Positions 41,001 through 57,400 of a stretch of 64,000 nt of DNA are shown piece after piece. The stretch comes from Bugula neritina. Taxonomy: Eukaryota > Animalia > Bryozoa. Under the pieces are notes generated by a model. That model did not search any database, was not told the origin of the DNA, and was given only the letters and a program-made list of their open reading frames with translations. The position numbers were made by a program, and so were the translations under genes. Positions within the stretch are counted from its first letter, which is position 1, and every line of letters starts with the position of its first letter. The DNA is taken from NCBI GenBank assembly GCA_964035545.1, contig OZ037765.1, forward strand, positions 1,240,001 to 1,304,000, in the 5' to 3' direction.

Positions 41001-42593
41001 CACTACGGCCCTGGTAGATAGCCAACAGAGGGCCTCAACTCAAACTAGCAAAGAGACCATGATGGTGAGAATTGTCTAGTAACACTTGGTATTGTCTGGT
41101 AACACTTGATACCTTCTGGTAACACTTGGTGCTGTCTGGTAACACTTAATACTGTCTGGTAACACTTAATGCTGTCTGGTAACACTTGATATTGCCTGGT
41201 AACACTTAATGCTGTCTGGTAACACTTGATATTGTCTGGTAACACTTGGTGCTGTCTGGTAACACTTGGTATTGTCTGGTAACACTTAATGCTGTCTGGT
41301 AACACTTGATGCTGTCTGGTAACACTTGATATTGTCTGGTAACACTTGATATTGTCTGGTAACACTGAATATTGTCTGGTAACACTTGATATTGTCTAGT
41401 AACACTCGATACTGTCTGGTAACACTTGGTGCTGTCTGGTAACACTTGGTATTGTCTGGTAACACTTAATGCTGTCTGGTAACACTTGATATTGTCTGGT
41501 AACACTGAATATTGTCTGGTAACACTTGATATTGTCTAGTAACACTCGATACTGTCTGGTAACACTTGGTGCTGTCTGGTAACACTTGGTATTGTCTGGT
41601 AACACTTAATGCTGTCTGGTAATACTTGATATTGTCTGGTAATACTTGATACTGTCTGGTAACATTTGGTGCTGTCTGGTAACACTTAATGCTGTCTGGT
41701 AACACTTGGTGCTGTCTGGTAACACTTGATATTGTCTGGTAACACTGAATATTGTCTGGTAACACTTGGTACTGTTTGGTAACTTGGTAACACTTAATGC
41801 TGTCTGGTAACACTTGATATGGTCTGATAGCTCTTGATTTTGCTGTGAGCAGCATTTTTGCATTCTGTTATGTGAAGTTACGGATCTCTTAATGTGATGT
41901 GGGGAGACAATTGTAAATCTAGTTAGAAAACCGTTGCCTCATAGAACACAATTGTTGAACTTCTGCTGCTTACAGGGATGCGTGTATTCTAATTCTGGTT
42001 ACAGCTGTGGTTAGGACACGGGTCTATTCCACCCCTTAATATACAGTTGTATTAGTCAGTTCTCAGTCTATTGATATCAGAGAGTAGAAAATATTCTTGT
42101 AAATATAGAGCTAGCTGTTATCAACTGATCAACTAAGTCAAATGTTTATATACTACCACATGTAGATAACTGTATGTTGTGTTCTGCATATCTCAGCAAA
42201 AAACTAGTACCAAATTTGAAAACACAATTAATTTGAAACTGTATATATATAAAGAAACTGAAAATATCATTTTATTTATTTAAAAAGTATTTTGGTTGAT
42301 TCCAGGCTCTAATACAGAGTAGAAGTAACGCCTATGTGAATATAGCAGCCAGTGATCCTAGTCTCAAACACACTGTTCCTAAGGAGAGGCCGTGCAGCGC
42401 CCCCGCCACCAAACGGGAGGAAAAGAAAGCAGCCATGTCCGCTGGTGAGACGCAGGAGTTCCTGGCTAGAAAGGAAGTGCCGTTTGTGCGGCCGCAGTCA
42501 GTGTTGGAGTTGTCTGCCGTGTTTGATACGAGTGAGCTGAATGGACTGACGGAAGAGGAGCTAGAAACTGGGCTGCAAATAGCAGCAGACTGA
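32021..42593 (+). CDS. FLACC1: Flagellum-associated coiled-coil protein 1-like (ALS2CR12 family), multi-exon
   Basis: Phase-consistent exons from ATG 32021; PVHIAPGYILSRSKSKYQMIINDKFF and LIDTLKQQVADLSLYLEEERLNH resemble my recollection of FLACC1; long coiled coils; stop at 42591-42593. Confidence 0.7.
33080..33472. repeat. Intronic 24-bp minisatellite (GTATATTGAGTAGTAGTTACACTA), ~16 copies
   Basis: Tandem units visible. Confidence 0.92.
33716..33880. repeat. Intronic 22-bp diverged minisatellite (TAGTTGACACTTCACTGACATC)
   Basis: ~7 units. Confidence 0.8.
40557..40826. repeat. Intronic 35-bp minisatellite, ~8 copies
   Basis: ATGGTATATAATACCTGATATATAATA recurs with 35-bp period. Confidence 0.88.
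41070..41820. repeat. Intronic 20-bp minisatellite (TCTGGTAACACTTGATATTG), ~37 copies
   Basis: Exact 20-bp period starting just after the donor at 41065; source of spurious minus-strand ORFs. Confidence 0.95.
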
Positions 42594-43521
42594 GGGCTTC
42601 CTACCTACCGCCCTTCAACTGTCTCCACTTTCCCTCAGTCTATATTTACTATAGTTTTCTCTTTCTTCCCTGTACTTTCTATAACCTCATAATACCATTG
42701 GCATCTTGATTATGTTGTCCAATTTTTCTGTGAAGTTGAAACATGAAATATCACTATACTTCCCCTTAATATTATCTGTATTCAATTTTACACAGATGGT
42801 ATATTCATTATGTGCTCTTTGCTCCATGGAATTATAAATAGGACAAGTCAAATTATTATTTTTGAAGCAATTATGCATTGCTCACAGAAAATATTTTTTA
42901 TATAAGAATTTTTATCTGCCTACAATAAAATATAACATAGCAGGAATTAAAACTGGTTATTTTGGTGATTAAATAATTCCCATGTTTTGTTTATGAATGT
43001 ACAATAATATTCTCTCAACTTGCATTGGTCATATAGTCATATACCATCCGGCTGGAAGTTGGCAATATGCCAACTACATAGTTGCGTAATGATGTAATAC
43101 ATTGAAATACATCATGTTATCATCACTAGGTGTACAACTGTTGGCATTCAATATTCTGGCCTCAAAACAGGTGATGGGGAAACCACTTGGAACAACTCAA
43201 ATGTATAGTAATAGCAACACGTGGCATTTATTGTTCAGTGCGTTGCGCTATAACATGATGTAAATTCACAGCAACAATAAAACGTAGGCTTAGCGTTTAA
43301 ACCGGCGATTAGCTGAGCATTGATTAATGGTCCATCCACTGTATTGTTAACACCCATGCATCAAGCAACTAAGCAACTCTGGAAACATGTGTTCAATCAA
43401 AGAAAGTCTAAATAAGCCTAACCGCGTGGGTCTTCGTGTTAGTCGGCATTGATTTCCCCACTGTTGAGCAGCTAACACGCTTATTACTATTAGTGGAGAA
43501 ACTTTAGATTTTACAGCAAAT

Positions 43522-44568
43522 ATGAAGCTTTTAGAGACAAATATGGATACTTTAGGGCCTAGACAATCTGCTGAACTGATCAGTAAAGTGAGTAAACACG
43601 TTCATATTCATCAGTCAGGAATTGAATCTCTAGCTATGAATCTCATCAATTTGATAAAAACAGACAGGCACTCAATTCATATGAAAGGGTGGAAAACTCA
43701 TCAATTACACCCTGCTGAGGCGAACCAGTCGGCCATTGACTGGATATTTTTAGTTGATGCTCTAAACTTTTCCTTCTGGAGTGTTTCACCAACAAAGAAG
43801 TTTATGGTAGACTATGCTGGAGAAACCTACACGGGCTACTGGACCCTGTGCGCGGCGGTTAACAGAGCTCTCGACGAAGGAATACCTATTACTTCAGCAG
43901 AATATTGCAAGAATTTCACTATAGAACAAGCTCGGCACGTTTTTCGGTCCGATTCAACAACGGAGATGCCGATGCTAGAAGAGAGGGTGAAAGTAATGCA
44001 AGAAATCGGCCAAGTTCTCCTAGAAAAGTTCAAAGGAAGTTTTTCAAACTGTATAGCCAAAGCTAACGGTGAGGCGAGAAAACTTCTACAACTAGTAACT
44101 GAAAACTTCCCTTGTTTTCAGGATGAGGGTGTGTTCAATGGCCGTAAAGTCTCCTTTTACAAACGAGCTCAAATACTAGTGGCTGATCTCTGGGCTTGTT
44201 TTGAAGGTGAAGGACTTGGAAAGTTTGACGACATCGATAGTATCACTATGTTCGCGGACTATCGAATTCCGCAGTTGCTAGTTTATTTCAATGTACTGTC
44301 TTATAGCGAGGAGTTGGATGAGTTGCTCAAAAAGGAACACATGTTTAGCAACGGAGACGAGATAGAAATGGAAATAAGGGGTGCATCAATCTGGGCTGTG
44401 GAACTTCTGGCAAAGTCTATGAACAAGATAATTCAAGACGATACAGAATTGAAGGGCGTGCACATCAATTCCATTTTACTAGATCATTTCCTCTGGGATT
44501 ATCGAAGAGAACACAATGTAGAAACGCAACATGTGCCTTTCCATCGAGTGCGCTGCATCTATTACTAA
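43522..44568 (+). CDS. QNG1: Queuosine 5'-phosphate N-glycosylase/hydrolase (queuosine salvage protein, DUF2419), intronless
   Basis: 348-aa ORF with DWIFLVDALNFSFW, YTGYWTLCAAVNRAL, FYKRAQILVADLW, MFADYRIPQ, EIRGASIWAVE, LDHFLW, PFHRVRCIYY. Confidence 0.95.
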   Translation: MKLLETNMDTLGPRQSAELISKVSKHVHIHQSGIESLAMNLINLIKTDRHSIHMKGWKTHQLHPAEANQSAIDWIFLVDALNFSFWSVSPTKKFMVDYAGETYTGYWTLCAAVNRALDEGIPITSAEYCKNFTIEQARHVFRSDSTTEMPMLEERVKVMQEIGQVLLEKFKGSFSNCIAKANGEARKLLQLVTENFPCFQDEGVFNGRKVSFYKRAQILVADLWACFEGEGLGKFDDIDSITMFADYRIPQLLVYFNVLSYSEELDELLKKEHMFSNGDEIEMEIRGASIWAVELLAKSMNKIIQDDTELKGVHINSILLDHFLWDYRREHNVETQHVPFHRVRCIYY

Positions 44569-45910
44569 GAAATAGGCAGCCCCTACTCTAGACATAATAT
44601 AAATGTTAAATGTTTATATCTCTGTTATTTGATTTATTAGACTCTATGTTGTTGACAGTTTTTTAACAATTTTTGTTTAAAAAGAGATATGCCAGTATCA
44701 TTTTACAGTTTTTTTATTCATATGATAAAAACACACTCCTCTGAAATATAACTCATTAACTGTTTAATGAGGGATTATTAAGATATGAGATATGACGTGG
44801 TACACTATAGTGATTCATGGTACACTATACTGATTCATGTGGCTACTTGGCTACATCACATTAATTAATGTTGCATATACAAAACTACACATACATATTG
44901 ATTTAGAAATGCACTGAGTGTTCTCTCACATATACTCAGTTCCATTAGATACTGGGACTAAAATAACTGGAATATTACTATAGTTAGTTATCTAAGTCAA
45001 AGTCCCTGTAGTTGAATTGCACAGCACTACTATTTTCTAAAGTAGTTGTACCTGTTATATAAACTTTATTTACACTGCAATGAAATGCCTTGGAGAGCTT
45101 TTTAATTCTTTATGGGAAAACTCTGGACATTGAGCGTACAACTTTAGGTATAAAATTGCTGTTACATCACAGAAATTAAAGTGAACACAAGCTGAAATCT
45201 TATTTTCAATTTATATTAGCACTTGCTTAAACTCCTGCTTAGTGGAATATAAGTTGCTATAAATTACAATTGTATCAATAAGGTATGGATTCCATTTCAG
45301 GCAAAAGATTAAAAATCACATTTAAGTGAATTTAGGTTATCGCTGTTGACTATTATTTGTACTTATATAGTTGTTAGTTACTAGTTACTAGTTACTTATA
45401 GTTACTATATACACTTACAGTAACTAGTTGCTTACAGTTGCTATTTGCTTATATAAGTCGCTATACACTTATATAGTTGCTATATATATTAGTTGCATTG
45501 GCCGCAGCCAGCATAATATTATGGTGGTAGGAGTTAACAGGTTGTGAACTAATGGTACTTCTTAGTTGGTGAAAAAGGTCCTGTTTAGATCTTCAACACA
45601 AGACTTGAGTATATCAGATGTAGCTTTTAGATATAGTCTTAGAAGGGCTAGCAGCAGGTATATTGGTATGTAGCTACAGGACTTCCTATCGATAAGAAAC
45701 AACTACATAGTATACTGTAAATTTCTGGCTGCTATGGCCATTAATTTACATTGCGAAACTCATAAGAAGATTATTGTCAAAATTGTTGGATTTATTTATA
45801 AACTACTGAGTGCTCAGGCTATACACTTGGAACTAATGCTACACCTGCTTCTTCTGTGTTGATCGACCTTGAAAAAACTATTCAGGAAGACATCTAAGCT
45901 GCTATTAATT

Positions 45911-45981
45911 AATATTTATTGCGTTTTAATTTCATTCTGATGAAGGCTTCACTGGGATGAAATGAAAACGCAATAAATATT
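45911..45981. repeat. 71-bp imperfect palindrome/hairpin
   Basis: AATATTTATTGCGTTTT pairs perfectly with AAAACGCAATAAATATT; inner ATTTCAT/ATGAAAT and TGAAG/CTTCA. Confidence 0.8.
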
Positions 45982-48900
45982 TAAACTTTAGTCTATGAAT
46001 AAGTTGTTGCATAAGCAAGGCTTAAAGTTTATCAACTCACACTTCAGTGGAAGAAAATCTCATTTTCAGTATAACAATAATTACCATAAAAAATGTTGTG
46101 ATGTCTACCAGTTTCAGATACTTTTGAAAACAGAACTGCATGCATAATTATAAGGTTTATTCTAGATAATATTTGATAAAAGTCTTGGTATGACCAGCTG
46201 CTGGAAAGGTAGAGAGAAATGTTATAGATGGAAAATGTATTAGTAGGATATAATTATGTCTGTACAATGTACAAATATAAACTGTGCTGTATAAGCTAAG
46301 TTTACCTCATGTCATTCGAGCATGAGTTATTTGTGTTTTGTAGCGATCATTTAAAAAAGATTCCAAGTTTAGGCTTGTTTCTGCTGAAAATTCAACCTAC
46401 TGATTGGGGACACAACTCCTGTAATCTGTGTAGTTTGCTTCATAGAGAGTCTAAATATTTTATTGTTAATGTAGATAGGCTTCAGGTATAGAATACATTA
46501 GTAGGTCGCCTACTACTATATAGTAGTACACAGCTCTGCTGTAAAAAGAAGGCAGATGTAATAGTTTATTGAATTGAATTATGTAATTGTTTATTCAGGT
46601 AATTAGAAATCCTCTTAATATAACAATAATGTACTCAGTACTGTATAGACATTCAAAAGCAGTTATAATATAGCAAAGGGTAGGGTCATGGCAGTTGTTC
46701 ACTAAATATATTCTTTCAAATAACAAAGGCACTAGATAATTCGAAACAATAATTTCACATGGGGGGGGGGTGGGGGGGAGGGGAGGCGGAGCACTTAGGT
46801 CCTGAAAAACATGTTAAGCTAAAACTTGGAACTCTCATGCATATGTGTAGAGCTTGGCCATTACAGTAACTTATTCCTCCATTAATTTTTTTATAAAACT
46901 TAGTCTAGAATGCCATATTAATAAATCCATTCTACGAAGTTGCAACTTGCATTAAACATTTTACATGGTTGAGCTCAAATTTTGAAAAATCCACTTATAA
47001 TTCATAGCTTTTTTAAAATAAAACATCCTGTTTAAAATAAATTATAATTTTATAGTATATATTCTATATTAAAATAGACATGAGACATTTACAGAATAGT
47101 ATAATGCATTTCCATATGCTTTTATAATTGCAATGGAAAAAATGTTAGGTTGTGCCGTCAAACCTTATCTTTGGAGTTTTCCTTTCACATCTTGAATTTT
47201 TGTTTATGTTACAAGAGTAGTTATTTTTTTATTGAGAAGATAACTCTATTGTTATCGCAGCAAATGTTATTTTTTTTACTAAAGAAAACTAAGCTATTAA
47301 TAATTATTGTTAGAATTGTTTAACCATAACATCTGAATACGCGATCAGTTGTTGGCAAAGCTCCAACAAAACATGCGGTTTGGGGTTTGATGTATCAACA
47401 ATAATCTTTATGATATTATAATGGATTCCATTTAGTTAGCTGGCTACTACAATAACAACACGTGAACTGAAGTAGAATTGCGTATTGAGCCCTAGCTGTG
47501 TTACGCAACGACACACGCCGGGTACTCGTGGAGGCAATAAATTTTCAGGGTAATAATATTTTAATTACGGAATGAAATGTTGCTGCTATTCTGGGATACA
47601 AGATTCATGTAGCCATAGGTTTTTGTTTTCAGCTCAAGTTTGAGTTTGGAGGGTTGACTGGTAGAGCCAACCTTTTCAGTTCGATTGCTGCCAAAGTTTT
47701 ATTGCACACATTCCTAAGATAATGCAACAACCAAAGTCCAAAATGTTTCTAAATTTACAGCTAAAATACCTAAAATACACACCTGCCTGAACAGTTAACT
47801 GTTCTGTCACCACATGCTAGTTGGCCAATGATGTCTACAGCTTCTTCAACACTAGGATATATTCTAAGACTAGACATCAATGGCATGCAGAGATAGAATG
47901 TTTATGTATTTCAAGAAATGCTGATCTTTGAGAAGGTCAAAAGGTTATATCAGAAAAAGCATTTGCTGTAATTGCTTCTTTGTTAAGTGTGCAGGTGTTA
48001 CTAACCCCACAAGGCTTTTTAAGCTAAAGTTAGTTTCTACTGACAAAGGTTTTGTTAGGCAGAGCTGAAGTAATAAAGTTCATCTGATCAAACAAAAAAG
48101 TTGAGTTGGCTTACGCTCATGCTCTCTCCTTCGAGTTTTGCCTTGTGTGGCTACAAATTAGAAAACTAGAATTAGACAGATAACTCCAATATTGCTCATT
48201 GGTCTCTAAAGGTTATACATCTAGTTTTTGAATTGGTCACTAGGTCATCCGTCCCACCGGAAATGTATTTTGAAATTATTGTATAAGTGGTTTCAAAATT
48301 ATTTGTACGATAAGGTATTTAATTATTTATGCGGTAGTATTCTAATGGGACATGCTGATTGGCTGATGAAATGTCAGACTTGGCAAGCCGCGTACCACGC
48401 GCGGTGTGAGTGATATTAATTGTTGTTAGCACTCAACAACTTTGATATTCAGTCCTCATTTGGACGGCATTTGATGACTTGCCAGTTGGCACCATTATTT
48501 TAAATCATGAATGTGTTGTTATGGCTTATTATTGTCAGTACTTAGAAATGTTGCAACTGCAATGCTTTACACATTTTCGGTTTCACAAGCTAGATTTTAT
48601 GTGATTTTTTATTTCACCAAAGCACATGTAGCTCCTTTCGTTGAAGCATAACAATTTTTAGTATTAGCATATTTTGATAACTAATACCCTGTCACTTTTA
48701 CAGATCAATATGAATATGGAAGACTGCTGTAGGATCACTCAACCAAATTGATGTTATGGGCATGAAGATTCAACAGCTGTCAGGCTTGTTTCTTTTAGGT
48801 ATATTATAAAGGCAGGCAACTTCTCCCAGTATCTAAGCCTAGCTCTTGCATAAACTGAGTACTAAGACACATGAACTTCATACACGTGTGAGTCGCAGCA

Positions 48901-49983
48901 GACGTTGACGCTACATCAGCCCGTAGTTCCCCAACAATGTAACGATGTAGTAACTGGTGTTTTCCGACATCGTGACGCCGCGCATGATAAATTGTGAATC
49001 ATAACAATGTTTCGCGACTGAGAAGTGGTTATCACATCTAGTAGTTACTACTAAAATAACGACTGCAGTGCATTCACCTACTATGATTGAGTAGTTGGTT
49101 AACCACCGAAGAAGAGTTCCGGTTGTACATAAACATAGACTTGGGTTCAATAGCAATTGTAACTGATACACACAACGGGTAGTTGACCACCCGAAGTATG
49201 AATACTGAAAATGTGTCAAGTCAGGTGTGATAACGAATCAGATGTTAAATTATACAACCTCTAGCTGATCAACAACCATCACAATGGTAATGCATTGTCG
49301 GCCAATGACCTTGTGTGGTATTTTCCTGGTCACTCAGTTATAATGTCAGGTTGATTTCGTGCCCTTTTCAGAATAATATAGATTTAGATCATGTAGCATG
49401 TCACCAATGCCCAGTGAGTTGCTCATCTTGTCATAAATTACAGCAAAGAGTGTAGAATAGCTTCAAGACATTTCTGTTGTAAATAATAACGTAAACATTT
49501 TATTTTATTTCTTAATTCTTAGCCATAACAAACATATAAAAACATCATTATTTGTGCCATGTAGTGCATTAAAAAGTGGTTTAAATTTTGACAAGGCAGT
49601 AAATACCAAGTATGATACTGAGGTATGCATAATTGCAGTTTACAGAGAAAAGACAACTCACTTTAATAGATAATACAAAGGTCATGTTGAAATATTCATA
49701 CATAGACTAAATTATTTCCAACATAATATTACTTTGTGTCTATACAATTTTTATTCAATATCATATTAATAAATGTAATTAGTAGTTGACTATTTGTACA
49801 GTTAATTAAAGCTGATATATACAAGGTGCAGCAAGCTCCAGTCAGTTGCACAAATCAATACTGGGAGGGACTTGAGCCCCCCAAACATTTGACCATTTCG
49901 GATATTAGGCAATGAGACGTGTCCAGCCAATTAGAATATTCTAGACCAACAGGAAAGAGTTTGAGTAAAGTCAGCGCTGCCGT

Positions 49984-54023
<4,040 letters not shown>

Positions 54024-54485
54024 TCATTCACAATTGGTGGAAACGAAGGATAGGCGTGTCTAAATTTTAGGACACAGAAATTGTGTAAACATTACACATG
54101 TTTTATTCATTGTTACCTTAAAAACTTTAAACAAAACAAATTTTAAAATATAAAAAAAGTTGTTTTAAATAAATTAAATTACTTCTTTATAAATTTTAAA
54201 TAAATAAAAATTAGTTAAATGCACATTTATGTTAGGGCGTCAAAAAGAACTTACGCAAACACTGCAGTTTGTTTTGAAAGTTTCTTTACGGAAACTCCGC
54301 GAAGGTAGGCTAACTACCCAATCCTCAATGATCTACTATTTAACGCTAATAAAAAAAGTTGAGTAGCTAAAATGAGATAATAAGCTACCATGACTGGTCA
54401 AAGATTTTGGACTTGGAGTTGCTAAATTTTTTCAAGGACCGTCAGTGTTTATTTTCATTTTTATAACTCACGTAAAAAATATATT

Positions 54486-57400
54486 ATGGGGCAAATTGTG
54501 TCCAATATACTTAATAGTAATGATGAAAACGTTCAAGAAGTTGCTATCTCTAATAGTAATGCCTATAAATGGCCACCTAAAGCAGGTTTGTTTATGTTAC
54601 AAGACCAAGTTCCTAGAAGTAGAACAGTAGAACTTCTAGTTCTAGTTCAACACTACTACTAGAAGTAGAAACTTGAACTATTTGAGTTTAACTAAGTTTA
54701 ACTCAAATATAACTATAACTGTATAAGTATAACTATAAGTACCACTATCATTATGATTATGTCGATTCAATTCATATTGAGTATTGACTATCACAGTCAC
54801 AATCAAGTTGAAGTTTTGAGTTGTACTTACTTTAACTCATTATATCTCGTATAGTTATTGCCTATTGGTATTACCATCAATAAAATTCCCTTATTGTAAA
54901 ATTAAAATGAAGTTAGTTTTTTGTATGAAATGATAGAAATAGAATAAGTCAATAGCACCAACAGTCTCAGTATAAATAATAATATAAGTATAATTTTAAA
55001 TTTCTATTGTACATAGGTGTGGCATGTCCTATTTATGACTAATCACTAAAATGCAATTACCAAATTGCTCAAAAGATTAAAATTAAGCAGTAGAAATTGA
55101 TTTGTTATATATTTGTAGGCAACTACTTTGGAAGTCACTTCATAATGGGAGGTGAACGGTTCGACTCGCAGCCACCTGAAGCATTCTTATTTGGAGAAAA
55201 TTCTGACCTAAATTTTCTCGGTAGTCGGCCAATGCCAGTATGTAAACTATTTGAATTTTTTAGTTACTAAAATTTTGTATTGCTAGAGTCAGATTGAATC
55301 ATTTCAATTAAATAGACTAGCATTTTCTGAAATATATCATAAGTCATAAGATGTCCTTAAAAATTCGTAATTTAAGGTTTATGTTTAGAATAAATTAATC
55401 AAGTTTTTTGTCTTTGCAAAGTATATTTCTGCTGTGTAAAGATAAAAAATTGAATAAAATCAGTTCAACAGAAGATCTTTGCCATCACATATTGCTACTT
55501 GTCGCCATATCCATTATCAGCCATTGTTTTCTTAGTTCCCGTATCCGACTCCTCAGCTGAGTGAACCAACCAGAACCCTGAGAAGTTTGGTAAACATCAG
55601 GAAAGATACGGTACGACTCATCAGGTAAGTAATCACTCAGTATGACTCATCGCATACTTACTCATTAGGAAATCTCACATCTACAGGTGTTGTATTGTAT
55701 TTAATGTCTCCGCGCACACTAGGGATCTTATAAACTAACGTAAAATTGCTTTTTATACAAACCTATTTAAGTAGTGGTGACATTGTGTGTTAATAAAAAT
55801 TATTTAAGTTTAATTTTGTATTAATTTTTTTCAAATTTCAAATTTTGCTTCAACATGATTCACTTCAATTGCAAGCTGTATACCAATGTACTGCCTTATT
55901 TATGGTAACATTTAATTGGATGGAGTGAATGTGTGTTTTATTTCTGTTAGAGTCTTACATGTAATCTCATTCTAACCAGATGTGAGTCTGAAGAGACTGC
56001 TGGTGCCATAGCTACAACTCCTGAGGTTAAAGATGCTGATGACAAAGACTCGGCTCCATCAGTCAAAGACGCAGACGTTGAGGCTGGTGATGCCGCCCCT
56101 CCCCAAGATCACTCAAGTTATAATATAGAGTTTGTGTTTGACTCTGATGCTACGTGTAAAATAACTATCTTGTATTTCGCTACAGAAGAGGTGGTTAATG
56201 GGGTTGCTGTGTGAGTTATTTGTTATATTACTTTGTTACTTTATATTTCTGTATTCAATACTTGATACACTCACTGTATACAAGGCTTCATTTTAAATTC
56301 AAGAATAGAAAAGTTAATTTTTTAAATATAAAGAATGTCCAAAGTTTTTTAGTATATGATAATGTGGCCCCAGCTTGCCTGGGTTGTATCATACTTCTTG
56401 TAGTTGTCTACTCGTTGTGTTGCTAACATCTGTTTTGTGTTGATACAGATATGCTCCGAGAGAGGTTAGCTTGAGTTCTGACAGCTTCTCTTACAAACGG
56501 GGCGCTAATCAAACGTTCTCCCAGCCCACACACGTGATAAAGCCGAGTGACTTTTCTCAGGAACAGGTATGCTAAGACTTCCTTTGTAGCTCATCTGCTC
56601 ACTCAAACTCAAACTAGTCTTCTACGTAATAATATGTATGGCTGTGTTGTTATGAAATAGTTAGAATGTCATGTTGAATATTCTAGTGGTCATACTCGGT
56701 GGAGAAGGATGAGATACCGATTGTAATACACTGCACGGTGGAGAATGAACCAGGTTGGCTTTTTTCACCTTTACTTCTCTTTCTAGTTAATATCCTGTTC
56801 CCGTTTAAAACTTTATTTCTGTTTATTTTTGCCCTTTCTTTCTCAATTCTTTTGTAATTGTTTGCGGCTTTCAATGAAGCGTCCATATTGTAACTACTGT
56901 ACTTGGGCACCGTTTCAGACTTTGTATTCTTTAACCATTCCAAGTCGCAGCTATTAGAGTTGTGAAGTTGTTACTTGTAGAGTACGCTGGCCATTCACAT
57001 GTGGCCTTCTGTGTGCTGGAACACCTAAACGATGGCTACCATATCAAAGTGATCAAACAGAAGCAGTGTGTGGACGGTTTGCTGTACATCCTGCAAGAGT
57101 TCTATGGGATAGAGAACAAAGAAAGTGACTCTTCAAAGGTGCTAGTCACTCACTCTCAGTTAGTCTCTCTCACTCTTAGTCATTCTCACTCACTCTCAAT
57201 CAGTCTCACTTTCACTCAGTCACCCTCAGTCGCTCTTACTATGATTATAATCACCACAACTCACAGTCACTCAGTCAAACATAAGCCTACTTTGTGTTAC
57301 AACTTCTTCTTAATACATTTGCTATGACTTGAATTCACTTGTCACTCACTAATTCCTGTAGAGTTACTCACTAATTCCTGTAGAGTTACTCATTCATTGA

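Noticed and set aside
41045-41863. Repetitive minus-strand ORFs; CRISPR-like appearance
   Set aside because: Pure 20-bp tandem repeat without unique spacers, inside a eukaryotic intron
45937-45975. Hammerhead ribozyme core (CTGATGA...GAAA) in the hairpin
   Set aside because: Stem II and the cleavage-site helix cannot be formed convincingly
47300-49300. CpG-containing patches with CCAAT-like motifs suggesting an unannotated promoter or gene
   Set aside because: No coherent exon chain or RNA gene could be reconstructed
56683-56943. 86-aa basic minus-strand ORF within an MGRN1 intron
   Set aside because: Short, overlaps an MGRN1 exon antisense, no recognisable domain
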